DNA of 49,631 bases from a virus (lineage: Duplodnaviria; Caudoviricetes): the IMG/VR virus record IMGVR_UViG_3300033480_000003, positions 1 through 49,631 of that record; one strand, 5' to 3'. The number at the start of each line of letters is the position of its first letter. The first letter of the stretch is position 1. The position numbers and the translations under genes are program-made. Positions 35,130 through 41,959 of the stretch are shown in pieces. The notes beneath the pieces are model-generated. The model was not told the DNA's origin. It was given only the letters and a program-made list of their open reading frames with translations, and did no database searches.

Positions 35130-35335
35130 AAACGATAATTGCGATACTCACGCTTAAGGTCCCGAACGACAGCGACATGGCGCTCCCCAAAGCAGCGCGG
35201 CGACTGCGGGTACTGAAAGAGGTGGCCGAGTTGGAGGTGGGGGGCTGCGCATTGGTGTATGAGGTCTCCCCAGAGGAAGCCGAGTATGAGCGGCGCTGCT
35301 ATGAGCAGGATATGACGGCAGCGGCGAGGATGTGA
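35126..35335 (+). CDS. Small protein, paralogue B
   Basis: ATGA overlap; similar to 34902-35129. Confidence 0.55.
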   Translation: MKTIIAILTLKVPNDSDMALPKAARRLRVLKEVAELEVGGCALVYEVSPEEAEYERRCYEQDMTAAARM

Positions 35336-35344
35336 GGTGAAATT

Positions 35345-35611
35345 ATGGGACGCTTAATGATACGATTAGAAGCCGAGGAGTGCGTCGCGCTCTGGCGGCT
35401 GGCACAACAGGAGCGCCGCGATCCGCGCGATCAAGCTGCTTTGATTATCCGCCAGGAATTGGAACGACGCGGCCTGTTGGATACACCTGAAACCGATGAG
35501 CGTAACGACGAGTACGACAACGCCTGGCGGCGGTTATGCTTTCGTCTGGACTTGCCGACGGCGAGCACCGTTGAGGACGTGATTTCAGCCGCAGGGAATA
35601 AAGCACCATGA
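35345..35611 (+). CDS. Arc/RHH-like DNA-binding protein
   Basis: L.IRL...E..AL..LA..ERR.PR.QA..IIR..L pattern. Confidence 0.6.
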   Translation: MGRLMIRLEAEECVALWRLAQQERRDPRDQAALIIRQELERRGLLDTPETDERNDEYDNAWRRLCFRLDLPTASTVEDVISAAGNKAP

Positions 35612-36588
35612 CTACCAAATTTCGCAACGCCCCCGCTCCCCTGTGGCGTGACCCGCGCTTTTGGTCATTGATTATTCCCGCTATCGCCGCCACCCTCGGC
35701 AGCATCGCCTATGCCGTGCAGGGTTTCGCTGTTAGCAATGGCGGTGTGCTGCCGGCGGCGTGGGTCAGTTATGCCGTGAAATGGGGCGCGGTCTTGCTGG
35801 CTGTCGGTTGCGAGGGTGGCACACTGACCAACGCCGTCGAGGTATTCAGAAAGCGCGCCGCCGGCCATGCCGTGCGGTTGGATTACGTGGGGCTGGCGAT
35901 CTCCCTGGTGGCGACTGTTACCGCCAGGGCGCTGGCGTTGTCTGGGTTACAAGCCCTGTGGACGATGGGCTTGCTGGTGGTGGCCTCGGCGCTGGACGCC
36001 TACGTCGGGTATATGGAACTCGGCTTCTACACCGCCGAGGCTGACGCCCGCCTGGAACAATGGCTAACCGCTAGTGAGTACCTCCAGGCGTCCAACGACC
36101 TGCGCGGGGCGTTCGCTATCCTGCGCGGCGCAAATCCGCAGACGCACGAGGCCGCGCAATTGCGCGCGCAGGTTACGCAACTCAACGCGCAACTGGACGC
36201 TGCCGATGCGCAGGTGCGCGCAGGTCAGGCGCAGATCGCGCAATATGCGGCGCAGGTTGCGGAAAGTGCGGCGCAGGTTGCGCAACTCGAGGCGCAAGTG
36301 TCCGCAGGTGCGGCGCAGGTCATGCGCAGGTTGCGGACTGCCAAGCGCCGGTTTCCGCAGGTCAAGCGCATATTGCGCGCACATGCCGCGCAACCTGTGG
36401 CGCAACTGCGCAAAGCCGAAATTTCCGACTGGCGCAACCTGACCGCCCATCTCAACGGCCAGCGCGCCGGTCTCACGAAAGCCGAGGGGCGGGCGCTGAT
36501 TACCGCTGCTGGGTTGGCGCTGCCCTCCCCACGCGCGTTTGACGGGTGGTGGCGCGCGTTCTGCACAGAGCGCGGGGAGGAAGTGTGA
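35608..36588 (+). CDS. Multi-pass membrane protein + coiled coil + putative C-terminal HTH (DUF2637/SpdB-like architecture)
   Basis: About four hydrophobic helices, AQ-rich heptads, short helical C-terminus. Confidence 0.55.
   Translation: MTTKFRNAPAPLWRDPRFWSLIIPAIAATLGSIAYAVQGFAVSNGGVLPAAWVSYAVKWGAVLLAVGCEGGTLTNAVEVFRKRAAGHAVRLDYVGLAISLVATVTARALALSGLQALWTMGLLVVASALDAYVGYMELGFYTAEADARLEQWLTASEYLQASNDLRGAFAILRGANPQTHEAAQLRAQVTQLNAQLDAADAQVRAGQAQIAQYAAQVAESAAQVAQLEAQVSAGAAQVMRRLRTAKRRFPQVKRILRAHAAQPVAQLRKAEISDWRNLTAHLNGQRAGLTKAEGRALITAAGLALPSPRAFDGWWRAFCTERGEEV
36121..36440. repeat. Dense CGCA/TGCG motif array inside a CDS
   Basis: About 25 CGCA by hand count in 320 bp, many as CGCA-N2/3-TGCG palindromes. 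Confidence 0.7.
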
Positions 36589-36803
36589 TGCACAGATGTC
36601 CCCGCTGCGGTAGCGCCTGCGATTGTGATATGGAAGACATGTGGTTTGATATCTATCCTGAGGGCTGTGACCATGACTGCGGCTACGATGACGATGGGGA
36701 GTATGACGATGACGACGTGGAGTATATCATCGACGGTCAATACCTAATTTGTAATCGATACAAACTGGAAAAGGTATTGACAATAGCCAGAATAGGTATA
36801 TAA
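36588..36803 (+). CDS. Cys-rich acidic small protein
   Basis: MHRCPRCGSACDCD; Asp-rich; 3' end overlaps the promoter copy. Confidence 0.5.
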   Translation: MHRCPRCGSACDCDMEDMWFDIYPEGCDHDCGYDDDGEYDDDDVEYIIDGQYLICNRYKLEKVLTIARIGI

Positions 36804-36807
36804 TAAA
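36735..36807 (+). promoter_or_regulatory. Second rightward promoter; copy of the 30864-30947 cassette
   Basis: ggtcaatacctaatttgta...tacaaactggaaa...AGGTA-TTGACA-N16-TATAAT. Confidence 0.85.
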
Positions 36808-36866
36808 TAGTATAGGGGAGGACAAAACGCCCTCCCACTAGGCAGGCAGATAGAGGAGAATATGAG

Positions 36867-37229
36867 ATGGAAGAAATCACAGTTTCACTGAAAGATCGTA
36901 ATTGGGGATGGGCATACAGCACACAGCCGGTTCGGACTAGAACTGGCTTGACCATCGAGGAGCCGGAAGTCCCGGATTACACCGGGACGGTGGCGCAGAT
37001 TCACCGCAATATCACGGAGGATCGCACCTACAATAGTTTGGGGGGCGCATGTCACTGCGACCGGTGGTTCTATGACGGCAAGCCAGTACAGGCCGTTGAG
37101 TGGCTGTTCCAGGATGACCCGGACGCCGAGCCCGGCGGGCCAAGTCACTGGGGGTTCACTTCCGATTTGCGGTTCTTCGACCCTAGCGACTTCGGTTTTC
37201 TTGGAGAATCGTTCAAAATCAAAATATAG
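36867..37229 (+). CDS. Hypothetical protein
   Basis: GAGGAG RBS; first gene after the second promoter. Confidence 0.6.
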   Translation: MEEITVSLKDRNWGWAYSTQPVRTRTGLTIEEPEVPDYTGTVAQIHRNITEDRTYNSLGGACHCDRWFYDGKPVQAVEWLFQDDPDAEPGGPSHWGFTSDLRFFDPSDFGFLGESFKIKI

Positions 37230-37274
37230 AACTTTCCCCCGGTTGCCCCGCTCCGACCAAAAGCGGGGACGACG

Positions 37275-37326
37275 TCCTGCTGCCCCGGTGGGCGCAGACG
37301 GTGGTTCGACTCCACCCCGGCAGGCA
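37275..37326 (+). ncRNA. tRNA-like element containing a canonical T-arm
   Basis: GGTGG-TTCGACT-CCACC at 37300-37316, closed by cctgc/gcagg; no complete cloverleaf. Confidence 0.35.
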
Positions 37327-37355
37327 TAAGGGGAGCGATAGGCGCTCCCGGTAAG

Positions 37356-37577
37356 ATGAGGAGGCTTGATATGTTTACAAAAGGGCGTTCGTACCAAAGT
37401 GTTCTGGCGAGTGTGGGCGAAAGCCTGCACGAGGTGATGGTGGACATCCTCTTGGTGCGTGACCCGCGCACCGGAGAAGAGTTCAGAATTTGCGAAACGG
37501 GCATCACACAATGGAAAGTGGACGGGGTTGAGTTGCAGGTAATTCGCAAAGTGGGAGAAGAACTCCACCTTGCATAG
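37356..37577 (+). CDS. Hypothetical protein
   Basis: Likely start MFTKG after GAGGAGG. Confidence 0.55.
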   Translation: MRRLDMFTKGRSYQSVLASVGESLHEVMVDILLVRDPRTGEEFRICETGITQWKVDGVELQVIRKVGEELHLA

Positions 37578-37671
37578 AATCTCAACAAAACCACCAGTAC
37601 AGCGACCGGGAAACACGCACACCGGCGCACGCAACAAGCCAGGGCTGCGGCCGGCGTGAGGAGAATTAAAA

Positions 37672-37890
37672 ATGAAAACGTACGATGTGGTCATCGACAC
37701 CTATGGCTATCCCTACGGGGATGCCATAGAAACTGGTACTGGCAGTCTGATGGGGCTGGCGCGGAAGTGTGCCAACCTCAGCCCGCGGGCAAGCAATAAA
37801 TATGCTTGTCGGATTACAGAGGTTCAAGCGAATTCTGCGGATGAGGCCGTTAAGATCGTTGCGCAACGAGCGCGACGCGATAACGGATAA
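37672..37890 (+). CDS. Hypothetical protein
   Basis: GAGGAG RBS; MKTYDV...EVQA.S..EA pattern. Confidence 0.6.
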   Translation: MKTYDVVIDTYGYPYGDAIETGTGSLMGLARKCANLSPRASNKYACRITEVQANSADEAVKIVAQRARRDNG

Positions 37891-37919
37891 ACTATTCAAA
37901 TGAAACCAGGAGGTTTGAA

Positions 37920-38039
37920 ATGGAAATTTTACTTGGATGGGTCGTCATCGGCCTATACAACAAATTCATCGGAAACGGTCAGCTCAAAGCAACCGATACG
38001 CCTGTAGAAAAAATAGATGATGAGGAGGAGCGCGAATGA
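37920..38039 (+). CDS. 39-aa peptide with hydrophobic N-terminus (not in ORF track)
   Basis: MEILLGWVVIGLYNKFIG...DDEEERE*, AGGAGG RBS, ATGA overlap with the next gene. Confidence 0.55.
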   Translation: MEILLGWVVIGLYNKFIGNGQLKATDTPVEKIDDEEERE

Positions 38040-38437
38040 AAAGCGTTGTTATCACCAGTTCTATTTTGGCAATCGTGATAATCGCCTGGCTGTGCCTTGC
38101 CAGTCTAGGAGGGCTGCTCAACGCCTGGGCGGAAAACACCGCCGCCGCGAAACTGGCTCAGGGGCAAGCCGACTCCATGCGCATTGCGGCGCAATCGGCT
38201 GCGGATGCGCAACTTGCGTATACCGGCGCAGGTGTGCGCGCCATTGACGCCGACCGCCGCGTGGCGCATGGCGCAAGTGCGGCGCAGGTCGCGGTCGTGG
38301 CGGTAGTCGTCTGCGCAGTTTGCGGCGCAATTGCGTGGCTTGCGTGGCGGCTGCGTATGACTGAGGCGCAACTGCGCGCCGTGATTGCGGCAGGTTGCGC
38401 GCAGGTGGGCGCAGTTGCGGAGGTCTCGCATGATTGA
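38036..38437 (+). CDS. Two-TM membrane protein
   Basis: Two hydrophobic helices; GAGGAGGAG RBS. Confidence 0.6.
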   Translation: MKSVVITSSILAIVIIAWLCLASLGGLLNAWAENTAAAKLAQGQADSMRIAAQSAADAQLAYTGAGVRAIDADRRVAHGASAAQVAVVAVVVCAVCGAIAWLAWRLRMTEAQLRAVIAAGCAQVGAVAEVSHD

Positions 38438-38463
38438 TTACGCAGTTTTAGCGATAGTTGCGG
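38175..38463. repeat. Second dense CGCA/TGCG motif array
   Basis: About 30 CGCA/TGCG by hand count; shares aagtgcggcgcaggt (38275-38289) with 36264-36278. Confidence 0.65.
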
Positions 38464-38561
38464 TACTGATCTGGGAAGTGCTTTACCAGGTACTGGTAAT
38501 TATGGACATAGATAGAATAAGCGACAATGACATTCTTGAGAATCGTAGGGAGAGGCAATGA
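38430..38561 (+). CDS. 43-aa single-TM peptide (not in ORF track)
   Basis: MIDYAVLAIVAVLIWEVLYQVLV...RRERQ*, GGAGG RBS, overlaps both neighbours. Confidence 0.55.
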   Translation: MIDYAVLAIVAVLIWEVLYQVLVIMDIDRISDNDILENRRERQ

Positions 38562-39346
38562 TGTTCCCTCAGCAACCCGGCGGGCGGGAAACGCGCCGCG
38601 TCTCCGTCGAAACCGAAGTAACCATCGCGCTCAAGCAGGGACTGCTGGCGGCGGTCGCGGGGTTGATTGCGGCGTTCCTGTGGCAGCGGTTCACCGTCGG
38701 CATTGCCAACGATGTGATCGCGGCGCGCCCCGCCTGGCAACCGGCGCTGGACTGGTACTTGCTGCGGCAGGCGCGGATGTTATTTACCGTCGGCGTCGGC
38801 GTCCCACCATTGGCGCTGTGGGTTTCGATGCTCCTCAACGTGTTTGATGGTTCATGGCCGCCCACCCGCCGCGCCCAGGCCGCCGAAGACGGCCCGAACG
38901 CGCCGCGTTGGTTGCGGTGGGTGTCTGGGTGGCGGAATGCAAAGCCAGCGACGCGCGCTATCCCGGAGACTGACCAGTACGAAGGCCGCGCGCCGTCCAT
39001 CCCTGACCCGGAGCAGCAGCGCCCAAAGCTGGACATTTTGATACATGATCCAAAAACCAAGCAGACAAAACGCGCCTGCCCAGACCTGACCATAGCCGAC
39101 TGGCAGCGGTTGGCGCGGTACTTCGAGCGTGGCGGGCGGTCAGTGAGTCAGGGGGACTTGGAGGACAGCGCGCATTTCTCGAGAGGCCGTGGTGGCCGGG
39201 CGCGGGTGGTAAACAAGGAACTCACGGACTGGCAAGGCTTGACCAGGGTAGGGGAACAGCAGAAGCCGCTGGCGATTGAGCCGTTTGCTGCGTGGGTCGT
39301 GCGACGCGGTTACGCCACCGACGAAGCCCTTCCCTCCCCCGTTTAG
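38558..39346 (+). CDS. Two-TM membrane protein with putative C-terminal winged-HTH
   Basis: Two hydrophobic helices; C-terminal W..LA........VSQ..L.....FSR.....V...L pattern. Confidence 0.55.
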   Translation: MMFPQQPGGRETRRVSVETEVTIALKQGLLAAVAGLIAAFLWQRFTVGIANDVIAARPAWQPALDWYLLRQARMLFTVGVGVPPLALWVSMLLNVFDGSWPPTRRAQAAEDGPNAPRWLRWVSGWRNAKPATRAIPETDQYEGRAPSIPDPEQQRPKLDILIHDPKTKQTKRACPDLTIADWQRLARYFERGGRSVSQGDLEDSAHFSRGRGGRARVVNKELTDWQGLTRVGEQQKPLAIEPFAAWVVRRGYATDEALPSPV

Positions 39347-39430
39347 GGGGTGTCCTGGGTCTGTCTAGGGTGTCCATGTGGACAGACAGACGGAGGACAG
39401 ACGGACATAAACGGACAAATACGGACATTA
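39347..39430. repeat. GGACA/TGTCC motif array
   Basis: gggtgtcc x2, tgtccatgtggaca palindrome, acggaca x3 at 10-bp period. Confidence 0.75.
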
Positions 39431-39440
39431 CAGGAGTGAT

Positions 39441-40178
39441 ATGAGCAAAACCAGAATTGAATGGACTGATGAAACTTGGAATCCCGTCACGGGCTGCACA
39501 CCGATCTCGCCGGGCTGCGCCCACTGCTATGCGCGGCGGATGGCAAAGCGTCTGGCGGGGCGGGTGGGTTATCCGGCTGCGCCGCATGAGTTTGACGTGA
39601 CGCTGCATCCTGACAAGTTGAGTGAACCGTTGACGTGGCGCAAACCGCGCCGCGTGTTTGTATGTTCAATGAGCGATCTGTTTCACAAAGATGTGCCGTT
39701 AGATTTCATCTGGTGCGTATATGATTCAGTCCGCACCAATCCGCACCACGTTTTTCAAATTTTAACCAAACGCCCAGAGCGCGCACTCGAATTCTACAGA
39801 TGGCTGTATGGTGATTCGGATGTGCCTAAAAACGTCTGGTTCGGCGTCACTGCCGAAAATAATGCAATGTGGGCAAAACGTCGCGATGCGTTCCTTGCAA
39901 CACCGGCTGCGGTGCATTTTGTAAGCATCGAGCCCGCTCTTGAATGTCTGTATTTTTCAGGACGTGACATAAGCCGTCTGGATTGGGTCATCTGTGGTGG
40001 TGAAACTGGCCCAAACGCCCGCCCGATGGATTTGGACTGGGCGCGGGCGTTGCGCGACCAGTGTGTTGCGGCGGGCGTGCCGTTTTTCTACAAGGGCGCG
40101 GGGACGGCGACGCTACCCAAGAGCGATCCGGAGTACATGCGTTTGGATGGAGCAGAATGGAAACAATTCCCGCAGTAA
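39441..40178 (+). CDS. DUF5131 / phage Gp37-Gp68 family protein (radical-SAM-like)
   Basis: IEWTD.TWNPVTGC..ISPGC.HCYA, FVCSMSDLFH, FQILTKRP, SIEP, DWVI.GGETG..ARPM. Confidence 0.92.
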   Translation: MSKTRIEWTDETWNPVTGCTPISPGCAHCYARRMAKRLAGRVGYPAAPHEFDVTLHPDKLSEPLTWRKPRRVFVCSMSDLFHKDVPLDFIWCVYDSVRTNPHHVFQILTKRPERALEFYRWLYGDSDVPKNVWFGVTAENNAMWAKRRDAFLATPAAVHFVSIEPALECLYFSGRDISRLDWVICGGETGPNARPMDLDWARALRDQCVAAGVPFFYKGAGTATLPKSDPEYMRLDGAEWKQFPQ

Positions 40179-40414
40179 ACGGCGCGGCGTGTCCCGCTTG
40201 TAACAGTGAACTTACCCGTAACATCGTGGTCAGCGTAGATGCTGCCGGCCACCCGCTCGGCGGCAACGAAGTCTGGCTGCGCTCCCCCAGCGAATCCCGC
40301 TGGAAGTTGCGGGCGTGGTACAGTCAGAACGGGTTTTCGCGCACTGCGGCGCTCTGGACTTGCGTAGACTGCGGCGCGCATTGGGTAACGCCGATGGAGG
40401 TGCAGCATGGGTAA
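40157..40414 (+). CDS. Zinc-ribbon protein
   Basis: CPAC...CVDCG; start METIP. Confidence 0.5.
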   Translation: METIPAVNGAACPACNSELTRNIVVSVDAAGHPLGGNEVWLRSPSESRWKLRAWYSQNGFSRTAALWTCVDCGAHWVTPMEVQHG

Positions 40415-40670
40415 ACGCGAGCACTTTGTAGCCAAAGAAATTTTACCGGAAGAAGGTTTAGATTTTCATCAGGTTGTAAAAGACTCATTGAACCGCAAAG
40501 TTATCTGTGCTATCTATGAACGTACAGAATTTAACCACACCTACGTTTTTAGCATGGGCTATAGCGAAGAGCGTATTAGAACCGGATATATGCGCGGCGG
40601 CATAGAGATGACCGTCCGGGGATACATCGAAGACGTGAGTGCCGATCCGCTCAAAGATGGCAATGTTTGA
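40407..40670 (+). CDS. Hypothetical protein (last of the + arm)
   Basis: GGAGG RBS. Confidence 0.55.
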   Translation: MGKREHFVAKEILPEEGLDFHQVVKDSLNRKVICAIYERTEFNHTYVFSMGYSEERIRTGYMRGGIEMTVRGYIEDVSADPLKDGNV

Positions 40671-40732
40671 GTTTTAATCAGTCAGGTAAAAAACACCGCC
40701 CAACCTGGTATAGGTTGGGCGGTTCTTTTGTG

Positions 40733-41626
40733 CTACACCGGTACTCCCGAAATCGTCACCGTCACGTCGCCCGTAAAATGCAACGTGGTGGTAGTCTGGA
40801 CAGGCGGCGGGGGCGGCGGTGGTTCTACTCCCCCGCCATCAGGCCGCGCAACGATGGCCGCCGCGTGCTGCGGGCGCGTCGCCAACTGCGCGTGGTCAAA
40901 CAGCGCCACATCTGGGTTAAACGCTATTGCCGCATCCAGGAACGCGCCGAAGTCATCCGCCGATAGCTCGGCGTTATCCTCATAGTAGGCGACCGGCGCG
41001 GCGATGAAGTTCACCCGCGCGCGGGAGGCCGCCGGCAGCGTAGTGTAGGGGATTACGTCCAGTTCACTGACGTACTCCATCACCAGCGCCCTGTCCAGCA
41101 GATCGTGCGCCAGCCACTCGTCCCACGGCTGCGCGCAGGTGTCAGTGTTGAAGCCGCCCGCATCGGTCAAGGGGACGCCCGCCATGGATAGCTCCAGGCC
41201 ATGCGCTTGGGTCGCCGTGTGAATGGCGGTGATGGCTTGCGTCCACCCGGCAGCTACTGCGCTGCTGGCGCTGCTGGCACTGGCCCGGAAATAATCCAGC
41301 GATATCCCCGCGATCCCCGGCGTCGCCGCCAACTGCGTGGCATATTGCGCAATCGCCGCTTGCACTCCGGCAGCCGTCGGGTTCAGCTTGCTGCCTAGTT
41401 TCCAACTGGCGGGGGCGTTAGCATACCACACCAACGGCCAGTACCCCGTGCACCACCACACATGCACTCGCAGGCCAGCATCCGCCGCCGCGCTGAGGAA
41501 CTCCGGGGATGGCGTCAAATCCAACGCCACCAGGTCACTCACATGCCAGGCAGCGCAATGCGCCAACAACGCCGTGCGTCCCGTCGTCTCGTAGTTACCG
41601 CCTTGTACGTATAGCCATCTGCTCAT
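40733..41626 (-). CDS. Glycoside-hydrolase-like TIM-barrel protein (GHL10-like) with Pro-rich C-terminal linker
   Basis: A...GLRVHVW, LNP....V, GI.LDY.R, Q.W..W....L.D....MEY motifs. Confidence 0.65.
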   Translation of the reverse strand: MSRWLYVQGGNYETTGRTALLAHCAAWHVSDLVALDLTPSPEFLSAAADAGLRVHVWWCTGYWPLVWYANAPASWKLGSKLNPTAAGVQAAIAQYATQLAATPGIAGISLDYFRASASSASSAVAAGWTQAITAIHTATQAHGLELSMAGVPLTDAGGFNTDTCAQPWDEWLAHDLLDRALVMEYVSELDVIPYTTLPAASRARVNFIAAPVAYYEDNAELSADDFGAFLDAAIAFNPDVALFDHAQLATRPQHAAAIVARPDGGGVEPPPPPPPVQTTTTLHFTGDVTVTISGVPV

Positions 41627-41641
41627 AGTTACCTCCCAATA

Positions 41642-41959
41642 TCACTCAGCATAGAACTCTACAAACCCTTCAATGATTGCCGCCGTGCGGCGCATCTTGG
41701 TTTGCACGACATCCATAGACGCCAGCCACGCTGTCCACGTCTCCAGCAGTTCCGACACCCCCGCATAGTCCCGCGCCTCCAACAGCGTCTCCATCTGCTC
41801 GAGGATGTTCAGCGGCCACAGCGCGCTCACGTCGGACAGCACGGTTTCGATCTCGGTTTGCTCAGTGCTGATGCGGGCGATCAACTTATCTGCCAACGAA
41901 GCCGCGCCGATGGCGTTGGTAATCCCATTGATGGTATGCGTTACTTTACTCCTGTCCAT
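41642..41959 (-). CDS. Small helical hypothetical protein
   Basis: Overlaps the Tal 3' end. Confidence 0.5.
   Translation of the reverse strand: MDRSKVTHTINGITNAIGAASLADKLIARISTEQTEIETVLSDVSALWPLNILEQMETLLEARDYAGVSELLETWTAWLASMDVVQTKMRRTAAIIEGFVEFYAE

Noticed and set aside
37250-37326. Canonical tRNA gene
   Set aside because: Only the T-arm is canonical; no matching acceptor stem at the expected distance and no D/anticodon arms
36885-37700. 271-aa - strand ORF
   Set aside because: Opposes well-supported + strand genes with RBSs behind a consensus promoter
40667-40966. Arg-rich + strand ORF
   Set aside because: Antisense to the Pro-rich end of the glycoside-hydrolase-like gene; TTG start and composition typical of a shadow frame
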